A model generated the notes under the pieces. It saw nothing but the letters and a program-made list of their open reading frames with translations, was not told the DNA's origin and did not search any database. Shown piece by piece: positions 36,201 to 47,858 of a stretch of DNA of 64,000 bases (its first letter is position 1; every line of letters starts with the position of its first letter). This stretch comes from Psammoneis japonica (lineage: Eukaryota), in the NCBI GenBank assembly GCA_008632985.1, contig QPGO01000024.1, positions 511,848-575,847 on the forward strand. Reading direction: 5' to 3'. The translations under genes were made by a program, and so were the position numbers.

Positions 36201-38340
36201 GACCCTGCCAAAGCTCTTCTGCTCCTCAATCTTGTCAACATGTTCAACAAAGTCTCCCGTGATGCTTGCTGTCACCTTCTTGCCTCCATCAAGGCCTTTC
36301 ATCTGCTTTTCCCATTCTTTGATCTCGTGTGTCAGTGCTCCAATGACTGCTGGTGCCATCACTCCAACTCTGCTTGGCCCCCTTTGTTCAAGAAGAAGGC
36401 TTCGCCCAAGGCTGCCCCCTTCTTGGCCTGTCTTTGCTGAACTGGTCCTTTCCCTTGTTCTCTGCCCACTTGACAAAGAACTCCTTGAGTGCATTCCTGG
36501 TTGCTCTTCCACCTCTGTTTGCTCTCACATCAATGATGCACACACCTTTCTCTCTCATTGTGCTCTTCCATGGTCCCTCAACGCTTCTCTGTGCTGGGTG
36601 CTCCCTGCTGTGGCATCACCCTTGGCCTCCACAAAACCAAGATCCTCACCTCCATCACTGGCATCAGTTCATCCCCACTCTCCCTCCCTCTCAAGCAGGC
36701 CCTCTTTTTGTGCCGCTCTCTCATGTCTCAACCCTGTGCATGACCCTTGTTCCTGCAACTCGGAGCTCACTTCAGGAGTCCACTTCCTTGGCCAGCCCCT
36801 CAACTCCCAAGACTTTGCCAACTGCTTCCTCTCTGCTGCCTCCTCTGTGCTCTCAGACAAAGTTGGCAAGCTCCTCACCGCCTTCACAACAAACAAACCC
36901 AAGCCCAACTCTTCAAGCACTGCTTCACTCCCTCCTCCACTCACCTGCTTGGCACCAGTTTCCACCACAACTTTGACCCTGGCGACCCTCCTGATCCCTT
37001 CCTTTGGACCTCTTCCTTTCAAGACTCTCTTCTCACTGCCACTCATTGACTCCTTTGCTGCGCTGTCTCCAGTGCTGATCCTCTCCCAAATCATTCCCTT
37101 GCCACTGCTTTCCTCCCTGCTTTGCTTGGCGGGCTTTGGCCTCCGAGACCCAGCAGCTGCTTCCATCCCTTTCTTCCTGGTTGCTCTCCTCTGCTCACTC
37201 CACTTTGCATTTCATGGAGTCCAACTGCCATCTGGCAACACCATTGCTCTCCCTCACTGTTTCAGGCTGTTTTGGTCCTCCTGGAACAACCCCCACTTGA
37301 CCTTGCACCTCCACAAGATCTTCTGCTCCTGTGCCCCCACTCTTGCCTCCACTTCCACCCTTGCTGCTTCTTCCCTGGCTGCTCTTGTCAAATCTGCTGC
37401 TCTTCCTGGCCTGGCACACCATCTCCATCACAAGCACCAGCAGCAAATTGCTGCCTCTGCCCTTGCCAATGCTCCCCCTGATGTGCAAGTCTCCCTGTCT
37501 TCCCTGCTGTCTCCACTCACCAGCCTTCCTCTGCGCTCCCTTTCCATCACTTCCAGAGCTCCCACCATGCCTCTGATGCTTGCACCATTGCCACCCAACA
37601 CAAAAACTCCACCTCCCTGTCCTTCCTCCCTCTCTTGTTGGCACACCCTGTGGTGGTCTCTCAACCCTCAACACTTGTGACAATCATGCCTTCTCTTGCC
37701 ATGGTGCTCCTCCTGGTTTGCCTGCTCTCTCTTCTCCCTTTTTTGCCAAGGCACACCATGTGAGTGCAAGATTGAAATTCCATGGACCCTCTGCTTCCTC
37801 TTCTGACAGATCCCTTGTTGTTGCTTTGCTCAAAATGACAGCATCTGCCTCCTCCCTGTTGCAATTGATCATTTTGGTGGTCTTGGTTTTTCATGGATTC
37901 CTCTTTGGCTCTTTGCTCTCCTCCACCTGCTCTCAGCCCAAGCCCCCTTGGTCCTCCTCTTCTGACCTGCAACACTCCAATGCCTTCTGCTCAGCCTTCC
38001 TCTGTGCCTTGGCATCTCTCTCTGCCCTTTTTCTTTTGTCTGCCAATTTTGCTTGGGACCAAATTTCCAGTGACTGCTTTGGCAGCACCCCTCATGCTGC
38101 CTCTCCCTCCAGTGGGCCATTCAAACACTTGGCCACAACCTCATTCATCACCCATCTCTGCATGCCCTCCACTTCACCTCCTTTCTTCCCTGCTCCTGCA
38201 TCCCCCACTCCCTCCGCCAAATGCCCTGCATCCTGCATTCTGTGCCCTTTCTACAGCCACTGTCACAACTGCAACTGCTTCTGTGCCTCCTTCTGCTGTC
38301 ACCATCCACTCTCCAAGGGCTCTTTAACTCTGCATTTAGT
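33260..38340 (+). mobile_element. Degenerate, near full-length CRE-clade-like non-LTR retrotransposon
   Basis: RT motifs AAGVFGDSTNLL (~35795), HKDPDDLDKLCP.GIG (~35985), QFGVGVKGG, LLNLVNMFNKVSRD, QEEGFAQGCPL (~36390), HIND for YIDD (~36526) and GVHFLGQPL. GFGLRDP follows. The C-terminal WDQISSDCFGSTPHAASP is homologous to the end of the element at 1-2359. Confidence 0.85.
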
Positions 38341-39920
38341 TTAAAAGGAAATGTTGACTGCTGTCACCAAAACAGTGAAACCAGTGGAAAACAATGTGAA
38401 CCCACAGCAGCTCAAATTGAAAACAAGAAATCAGTGAAGTGCCACCACACCTCATCATTCCCCATCAAACTGCCAGGCCAAAATGATGTGAGAGACATCA
38501 AAGAGATGATGTGGTGCCCCACTTTATTTCATCTTGCAAGACAAAGACAGGGGACATCATGAACTTTTCAGCAACAAGCAGCAGTGGCAGAGTGATTTGT
38601 GCTGTGCTGAGAAAAGAGCACAAGAGCAGCAAAAGGGAACAAGAGGTGCACACCCCCAGCCCCCCTCAGAGCAACAACTGCACCACTTTGAAGAGAGAAG
38701 AGGTTTCAGCCTGCAGCAGCTGCAACCACATGTGCACAAACAGCAATGACTCATTTGCAAAAGAGAAGAGAATTGTGACCCTGGTCAAAAAGCTCAGTCA
38801 CTGTGGGAAGTGCCAGCAGGCCATCTCTGGCCCAAGCTGCTGTCATGTTAGGCAGCATGAAAATGCTCCTCTGCAGAGACTGCAAAGAGCCACCCAAGGA
38901 AAGCTTGGCTGAAATGAGCCCAATGATGTTCAAGCCACATTCAGCCAAAAAGTCCAACCCTCATTTTTGATGTGAACTCTTCCTTTCTTCACAAAAAAAA
39001 AACATTGCACTGCAACATTTGCACTCTTTGTGCCACATTGTGCTGCAGTCTCTGACCGGCACTCTGGTTGACATGCAGATTGTGATGACAATGAGGCAGA
39101 AGGACAAAAAGAGTGACAGGTGGTTGTCTCCCCCCCAGGGATTTTTGAGGTCAAGCTGCACATGGCATGGAGCAGCATCAAAAGTGCCAAGGAGCAGCTC
39201 AACATGTTGTCAGAAGCCACTGTGTTCTCAGAAGTCATGGGGCTTTGCTTGCAGCCATCAAATGACATGGCAGAGCCACAGGCACTTGTTGAGAGGCTAG
39301 AGAACAATGGCAAGGTGTGAGCCCCCCTGCAATGTGGGTGTGCTCCAGAGCCCTGGGTGGAGTGCCATGTGCTGACATTGGGCCCACAAAATTTTGCATT
39401 TGTTGACAAGCTCCACAGCACAATTGCGCAAGGCAGCACAATCTTCTGAGCACTCAAAGCAAACTCTTTCTGGCATGCTCAGCCACACTCTTCTTCAGAC
39501 ATTTAAAGATGCAACCAACTCACTTTTGTTCTTGAAAATGTCCAAAACAAACTGTTGCTGACTTCACAAAAAGCAGGTTGTTTGAAACAGCATTGAATGA
39601 GAGCACACCCAGAGATGAGCATGTGATTTTTGCATGGCTGGCAAACAATCAAAGATGGTTTCTGTCTCAGCCCAGCAATGCAAGGCCCAACCTCTGGAGC
39701 TGGAGTGCCCCACCTGTGTGCAAAAGCCAGGACAGGGAGGGTGGAGGTTCAGCCAAGTGGGGCAAAGCACCAAGCCAGGAGAGAATTTTGAAACACAAAA
39801 AAATTGTCAGGATTTGAGGGAGAGCAAGGCAGGGTTTAGGATGAGAGTGCAGCAAATCAACATGCAAGAGAGAGGACAAGAAGGACAGCATGCAGTTTTG
39901 TCCTGTGAGATCACATGTTT
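38341..39920. mobile_element. Unclassified degenerate TE-derived block
   Basis: Purine-rich and TA/CG-depleted. No assignable domain. Confidence 0.45.
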
Positions 39921-42444
39921 GTTGCTTGAGTCAACCCACCTGTCCCCCCCAGTGACCATGCCTCTGAGGATCTCATTGACACAACAGCAGCACCCATGAT
40001 GTCAATGACAGCAGGCAGCAGTCTTGTGCCTGGCTTTGGCCAGCGCTGTTGTGGCTGCCTGCAGCATCTGTGAAGAGCTTGAACAAACATGTGGCTGGCA
40101 GCTGCTGCCTCAGCCACTTCCTTGTTGTGCTTTGCACCAGCCACATGTTGCACTTGATGGATGATCAGCTGTGCTGGTTGACTTGTTCAAAAAAGTGGAG
40201 AGAGAAAGAGGAGAGAGGCTTCTCTCCCAGCTCCAAAGCCAAACAAACATCAACTTGAACGGCACCAAGTCTGTCCACCCCACAGCACATCAGATCTTCT
40301 AACAGCAAAAACAGCCTCAACCAAACACACACACACACACACACCTTCGCATCTTTTCAAAGAGGGAAGGGGGGGGGGGGGGGGCACAAAAAGTGAGAGA
40401 GAGAGAGAGCAAGATGAGTTGTTCAAATCAACCCACCTGTGTCCTCCCTGCAGCGGCCATGCCTCAGATCTTTTTGGCACAGCAGCACCTGCCATGTCAA
40501 CAACAGCAGCCAGCTGCTGAAGCCACCACAAAAGTGTTGCTCCTGTCTTTGGCTGGTGCTGCTGTGCCTGCTGCTGTCTGCGTCTTGCAGCTGGACAGGC
40601 ACTTTGTTGCTGTCTGGTTGCAAGCAGGGTTGCCAACACAGCCACTCTTGAAGACAACAGTGATCACAGTTGAAGAATGTGCATCCAATCCACATTGACC
40701 CACACACATTGGAAACCATCCAAGAGCACCCAGTGCCAGCCTGCCACCTCAAAAGACAAACTTGCCAAGCTTTTCATGAAGTGCAAACAAAGAGTCAACC
40801 TCCTTCCACACCAACGTGAAACTCTTGCTCATCTGCAAAAATGAGATGACTTGTTGTTGCACAGAAAAGCAAGAATGGCTTTCCACAATCAACTTGAGAA
40901 CATTGCTCTGTGTGTTTTTGACACCCATCTGAGCAATCTGAGCAAATGTCAAAGCCATGCTGCACCAAGCATGGATTCAAAATCTTGCCCGCAAAACTGG
41001 ATTGCCACGCATGAAGGCAACCTCTCCCCAGTGGAGTGCAAGTGCTTGAAATGTCAACTTGAGAGATCAGGGAAACCCCATTTCCCATCTTCTGCTTGCC
41101 CTGAACATTCGCAACCCCCCCACTGCTGTGGCCCCAATCACATTTGCCAGTGGCAGCCTCTTCTGTGGCCTGGGCATGTGGTGGGCAGATGACAAGCTCC
41201 AACGAGCCACACGGAAACAATGGCTGCAGCTTGAGAGCTCTTTTGACCTGACCTCAAGCAAGAACCAACCCAAATGCTTGCACCACCAAACTGCCTCATC
41301 ATCACATTCTCCAATGCCAAGGCCTGCTGTCCCAATGTGCTTGCCACCAAGGCACTTTGAAAATCTCTGCCCACCTCCAAAGCAATGAAGCTCTCTGTCA
41401 AAACATGCCAATGAATGCTCTCATTGAGGCCCTCTAAATTGTCATGTGCAACAACATCTTTGGGGCCCTGCCTTTGGCAACACTGTCTGGCATCATTGCA
41501 ATGGAAGAACCACCATGGGCACACCACCCACCCACCCCAATGCAATGTTGTGCTGTGCCATGCGCAAAAACGTGCTTCTGGAGGAGTCAGCTCCAACCTT
41601 GTTGCTCACCACAAGCAATTCATTGACAACATCTTTGGCACTCAAAACACCACCAACCCTTCCACCAACCCTCCTCTTGGAAGCCTTTGTCTCAAGACTG
41701 AATGACTTTGAGAGATGAGCTGGGTCGCCAGCCCCAGACCCCACTTCATGGACTTCATGGACCTCATGGACCTCACCATGTCCCTGCAAATGTCCCTGCA
41801 AAGCTCAAGAATTCACACAACACCCTCTGCAAACAGAGCCATGAACCTGCACCTCTGCATCCTGTCACACTCTGCATCTCAACAGCCCTCCAAAGTTTCA
41901 TCCTGCTGGGATGCAAACAGTGAGCACCTGCACATCCCATCACATTCAGCACATCCACCTGGAGTGCTCACTGGCCCAATTGTGGGCATGCCTTTTTGCT
42001 TCAAAAATCTTTGCTCCAACCCAGCCAACTCAAAAGCAAAAACAAAACTGCTCTGCCTCTGACCGCAAGCTCAAGAACTCAAGCCCAGCAAGCCACAACC
42101 ACTCTCTTCCAAAAAGCACACAACCGGCAATGTGACAAGAGTGGAAAAGCTCCAGTCAAACCTTGTCTTCCTGTGCATCCTGTGCCACCACTTGAATGAC
42201 CTGTGCCATTGGAGCAAACTTCAGAAGCTGTGGAAAGGAACAACGGCCAACCCTCCCTGTTCACAACCCCTTTTAAACCTCTGCAACCACACATGACAAT
42301 GCACTGGACTCAACTGCATGATTGTCTGTTGCAGCCACACTTGCCACTTGTGTGACCTTGGAAACCTTCACTCATGCCACAAACTCCACACCTCCCACAT
42401 GCCCCCCCAGCTGTGTTCTGTTAGATTGCAAACAGGGAGGCCAC

Positions 42445-42485
42445 TGAGAGAGAGAGAGTTGTTTGAGAGAGAGAGAGAGTTGTTG

Positions 42486-42537
<52 letters not shown>
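42445..42537. repeat. (GA)n microsatellite at the 3' end of a PLE copy (similar tracts at ~42638-42659, 42922-43009, 45358-45409)
   Basis: Directly visible GA dinucleotide runs. Confidence 0.95.
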
Positions 42538-42540
<3 letters not shown>

Positions 42541-42977
42541 GGACTGTCCAAACAAGCAGCTCCGCCTCAGCCACTTGCACTGTTTGTTGGTCACATTTGA
42601 TGGAAAATTGGCTTTGCCAATTTTGTTTGTTTGTTGGAGAGAGAGAGAGAGAGAGAGAGCACAGCATGGCACAAACCAACCTGAAAAATCAACTTTTTAA
42701 CAACACAACAACCTCAACTGTGAAGCAACAACAACAGCCAGAGCCACCATTGACAAAGCCACCACAAAAGCCTCACTCCTGACTTTGGCCAATGTTGTTG
42801 TTGCTGCTGCTGTTTGCTGAACAGTTGGGCGAAGATCCAACCAAGAAGCTCTGGCTGCCCTGGCCACTTTCTGTCCACTTCTTTGTCTCATGTTTGACAG
42901 AATGTTGTGTTTGTTCATTCAAGAGAGAGAGAGAAAGAGAGATTTGGAGAGAAAACAAATTTGATGATCATTCATTT

Positions 42978-43010
<33 letters not shown>

Positions 43011-43885
43011 TCAACTGGAAACTTTGCATCTGTCCTCTGCCCATCTGGCATCTTTTTGACACAACAGCTTTTGGCTCACATCAACAACATCAGCCACTGG
43101 CTGCTGATGAAGCCACTGTGAAAATCTCCTCCTGACTTCAGCCAACCCTGTTGTGCCTTGCTGCATCTGCAGTTTGGAAAAGATCTGAGCAGCAGCGGCT
43201 CTGCTTTGGCTGCTCAATTCTGCATTGGTCACATTTGGTGGTCACTTGTTTCTTCAAGAGAGAGATGGACAGACACTCAAATCAAGTGTCTGTTGGTCCT
43301 CCCCTCAACCACAAAACCACCTTAAATTTTTTTAATCTTTCCATTGTGATTGACCAAGCTTCGTGTGCTTCATGTGATGCTCTGCAAAAAGGAAATGAAT
43401 CTGTGTTTGTGTGCGCCACCTCACTCAGCTGACCCGCCTGAAGTGCTCGCTGGCATTGTTGCAGGCGTGCCAGTTCAACTCAAAAATCTTTGCTCTGATC
43501 CTCACAATGTGCAAGGAGCCAAGATGAAGCTGCTGCACAAAACTGCTTGCAAGCTTGCGGACATCAATCCAACACACTGAAACCAATTTTCCACAATCAG
43601 CATGGCCAGAGCAGCGCCCCACTCCAACCCAATCTTTCTCCACATGCCCTTCCATCCAAATGACCCACACCTTCAAGCAAACTTCAGAAAATTTGGAAAG
43701 GCACTGTGTCCCACCCCCTTCCACTCACAACCACGCTCTCACCTTGCAACTGTGCAGGACAACACATTGGCCTGGACTGCATCTGAAGTTGCTCACGCAA
43801 CCTCAGGAACCTGCTGTTGCACTGCAAGCTTTGCGTCTCTGCTTCGTCCTGCCAGATTGCAGACAGAGAGGCCGCTGCATCAGCT

Positions 43886-43953
43886 CGTTTGTTCGTTCGT
43901 TCGTTCGTTCGTTTGTTTGCTTGTTTGTTTGTTTGTTTGTTTGTCTGTCTGTT
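43886..43953. repeat. (TTCG)n/(TTTG)n/(TCTG)n tetranucleotide microsatellite
   Basis: Directly visible. Confidence 0.95.
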
Positions 43954-43957
43954 TGAG

Positions 43958-43992
43958 AGCTGATGAAGCCACCGCGAAAGTCCCACTCCTGA
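43958..43992 (+). ncRNA. Putative minimal type I hammerhead ribozyme motif (PLE-associated)
   Basis: CTGATGA-A-GC(CACC)GC-GAA-AGT(CCC)ACT-C gives the core boxes, a 2-bp stem II, a 3-bp stem III and a CUC cleavage triplet. Degenerate copies at ~40514, ~42750, 43104 and 45568. Confidence 0.55.
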
Positions 43993-46601
43993 ATTTGGCC
44001 AACACGTTGTTGTGCCTGCCACTCATCAAACAGTTGGACAAATGTCCAAACTGGTCTGCCTCAGTCACTTGCGTTGTTTGTTTGTCACATTTGACGGAAA
44101 ATTGGCTCACCCAATTCTGGTTGTTTGTTCGTTTGAGAGAGTGACCAACCCATGACCGACTGGAACTCATTGCCGGCACACCGGCAAGGTTGTTTTCTTT
44201 CACATTGATCTTTGAATCCACCTGTCTGTCCCAAGCTCCAGAAGGTTGCTTGCCACTGATGACCACACTTCAAGAGCTCCCTGGACCTGAAACAAAAACT
44301 TGTCAAAATGAAGATGCCACCAAATTGCCTCGCCCTGCTCACATCTGATGCCGAGGCCCACTGCTCAACACACCTGCCAACAAAGCATTTTGATTTTGAT
44401 TGCATCCCATCTTTGATGTCATGAAACAACTGCAACAATGCACCGACAGATGCTCTCATCAAAGCCCTCCAAATTGTGATGGAAAATGAGGTGTTGACAT
44501 TTGGAGACACCGCCTGGCACCAGCACAATGGAGCCACCATGGGCACACCACCCGTCCCTCCACACACTGCATTGTGCTGCACACTCCACAAAGACATGCT
44601 CTTGGAGGAGTTTGGCTCCCAGTTGTTTTGCTGCAAACATTTGTTGACAACATCTTTGGCACCTGGCACATCACAGACACCGCCACAGACACCACCACCT
44701 GGAAAGCATTCACCTCCAGGCTTGACAACTTTAACATTGCCTGGATCATGAGTGCCCGAAGCTGCCAAGTTAACTTTGTGGACCTCACAATCTCGCTCCA
44801 AGGCTCCCACCATTGTGCCACCCTCCATGAAGAAGAGGTGGACTTGTGTTTGCATGCTCCACCCAGCTCAGCTCATTTGCCTGGAGCACTCACTGGCCCA
44901 ATCATGGGTGTGCTCTTTCGCTGTAAAAATCTTTGCTCTGACACTGCCGACACAAAAGCAAAAATGAGACAGCTCTGCCTCCAACCCCAAGCTTGAGGTT
45001 GCAAGCCCAGCAAACTGCAGCCACTCTTCTGAAAGGTGTGTGATCTCATCTTTGGAAATGCAGCCAGAGCAGCTCAAGAAACCCAGTCGAATCCCATCTT
45101 CCTGTGCATCCCTTGTCACCCAAATGATCTGCCATTGAGTGAACCACAGCAACTGTGGAAAGGCACAATGGCCACCCCTCCCTGCTCACAGCCCCTCTCA
45201 AACCTTCAAAATCATGCTTGACAATGCACCAGCCTTGACCGCATGACTGTCTGTTGCAGCCACTTGCACAACCTTGGAAACCTTCTTTCCTGCTGCAAAC
45301 TTGCATCGTCCATGCCCCCCAGTTTCATCTTGTCAGATTGCAAATGGGGTGGCTCCTGAGAGAGAGAGAGAGCTCACTCACTCAAGAGAGAGAGAGAGAG
45401 AGAGAGAGATGATGATGGCAACTTTGAACTGAGTCACTCAAATCAACTCATCTGTCCTCCTTTGGAACTTTTTAATGCAGCAACTCCCACCATGTGCTCT
45501 GCCTCAGCTGCTTGCATTGTTCCATGTTGTTTGCAGCTCCTGCCATGTGAGCAACAGCAGCTGACCCCTGATGAAGCCACCATGAAAGTCTTGTTCTCCT
45601 GACTTCAACCAATGTTGTTGTGCCTGCTGTTCACTGAAACAGCTGGACAATTGTCTGATTGAGCAGCTCCACCTCAGCTGCTGGCATCATTTGTTTGTCA
45701 CATTTGATGGAGAGAGCGACCAACCCACGACCAAAACTCACTGCTGGCACCTCATTGCCGGCACACCGGCAATGAGTTTTTGTGACCATTTCGTTTCACA
45801 TTGATCCTCAAATCCACCTGTCTGTTCTCCCTGCTGCAATGTCCACACCTTGGATCTTTTCAACACAAGAGTTTCTCAGCCACCTCGCCACATCAACAAC
45901 AGCATCAGCTTCGGCCAACAATGTTGTTGTGCCTGCCATCAGCTTGACAGCCAGACAAATGTCCAAAAAAGCAGCTTCTGCCTTGGCTGCTCCTTGTTTT
46001 TTGTCAGTCATGTCAGAGTTTGACAGAAAATTGGCTGTGAAGAGTTTTTCATTCGTTCATTCGAGAGAGGAGTGGCCAACCTGCGACCGAAAACCATTGC
46101 CGGCGCACTGGCGACACATGGCTTGTTGCTCCACAGTGTGTTTGGAAGCATGTGTTTCAGAACTGCAGAAAGGACAATGCCTGCTTTTTTTCATCAATCT
46201 CATGGTTTGCTGTCAACTTCGGCTGACTCAACAAGTTCATCTTCTCTGTCGCTGTTGGTTAGGCAGGTGGAAACTACCTCGTTGTGCGTGTACGTTTGTC
46301 CGCACCAGCCGTTTCTGTTTCCCCAGCATCTCCAAAATTTCTCATCTCCAGTGTGCTAGCTATGTGAGTGCCGAAAACACCCCTTCGCTTTCCCGCCCGA
46401 CCGTGTCACAGTACATATTCCACGTGAGTTCTACGCCGACTTCAAGAGCAGTTGTAGCATCACGTCTTTCGTCTTTCGAATTGATTTGTCGACTAATCAC
46501 ATCTCACATACACCAGGACGGTGACAAAGAAGAGTATTTTCGGCATTGTCGACGCAAGCAATCCTACCCTTGTGCTTCAATACTGCCTTCCGACAACCAA
46601 A

Positions 46602-47784
46602 ATGTGTCCTCCTGGTACCGCCCGAAGCAGAGTCTGTGGAAAGAGACCAACAGACCCACCAGTCGGGATGGTTCTTGTTTTCATGGTGTGTATCCTGCTA
46701 TCGTATGAACTGGTCGCTGTCGAAGGCTATGCCATGACCACAAAAGCGAAGTCCTTCTTTTCACCTGCTCCTGCCGAGTCGAAAACTGCCTCAGACGAAC
46801 AAGGCGTTCCAATTGAAATGCCGAACTTTGAAGAATTGTTCAGGCGAATTCAAGAAGTTTCGCCACTGGCGAGGCAAGTTGTGCAGCACGGCAGCGACAA
46901 AGGCGAGTGCGGCTTTCAGTTCATTGACGATTCTCTTGAAAGTGAGTAGCATGCAATGTAATATATATTCAGTTGACGATAAGGCTGTCAAACGGATGTT
47001 AATGTATTGGTACAATTATACTGACGCTTTGTTCTTTCTGCCAATCCCGATCAAACTTGTAGCTTCACCAGATGTGCATTGGAAGAGAGTGGAGGCCAAC
47101 AGTAAACGAACCATTTTCCGCATTGATAAAACAGACCACTACATGAATCTTGCACCTCCCTTGCTTCGGTTTCGTGCATCTCTCGAGGGACCATGTGTTG
47201 GCGATGCCTTTGCCAGTTTTTTGACAGACATGACCTACCGAAAGAAGTGGGACTCGCAGATTTCAGAATGCCGCGAAATGTACTTGGTGAATGATTTAGA
47301 CACGGTCAATACTGCCATGGGCTCTGGGAAGTACGGGGACTGCGTTAAGTTTGGTGTGGGCTATTGCAAGACACGAAAGAATCTCGGTATTTCGCCCCGT
47401 GAACAGCTCACCCTTTGTGGCGTCCAAAATTTTAAGGACGGCTCATGTATCATTTGGGGTACTGAAATGGAGGAGTGGCACAACCATTTGTTGCCAGAAG
47501 GCAAGCGTGTACCGAGAGGTAAAGGACATTTGTTCTCATCCACCCTGGTACCAACATCCGGGAACACCTTTGACGTGGAGTACATTCTTCAGATGGATCT
47601 TGGCGGCATTCCATGTTGGATTGGTACACCTATATTGGTTGACACTATTAAACATCTTTTCAAGTATGCGGAAGAGTACTATGGAGGAGGTGAAGATGGA
47701 GAAGTATATAAATTGGCGCTGGAAAAGGCCGAACGAGACGCGTTGTTAGATGGGGAGTCTTGCGGGTTTTTGATGCCACAATAG
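46602..47784 (+). CDS. START/SRPBCC (lipid-binding) domain protein
   Basis: N-terminal hydrophobic segment and an intron at ~46942-47061. R.KWD, ISPREQ and YILQMDLGGIPCW are typical of START domains. Confidence 0.78.
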
Positions 47785-47858
47785 GATGAGCGAAATGTGT
47801 TTTCTCATGCAAACTAAACCTGTTCATAAGTTTCATTACCACATACTACAAATTGCAA

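Larger units (their letters stand above)
39930..46250 (+). mobile_element. Tandem array of degenerate Penelope-like elements (RT copies ~40700-42440, ~43290-43870, ~44230-45355) with repeated flanking modules
   Basis: PLE-type RT motifs GSLFCGLG.W.DDKLQ, TSDA, ALI.AL.IVM.N, FGDTAW.Q.NG.TMGTPP, FVDNIFGTW, NFVDLTI and SAHPPGVLTGPI.G, ending in NLGNL. Copies are followed by (GA)n or (TTYG)n and a repeated module carrying CTGATGA...GAAA. Confidence 0.82.

Noticed and set aside
33260..46250. Alternative genetic code or foreign (viral/horizontal) DNA as the cause of TA depletion
   Set aside because: Depletion is frame-independent, affects non-coding repeats and several unrelated TE classes, and differs between copies of the same repeat.
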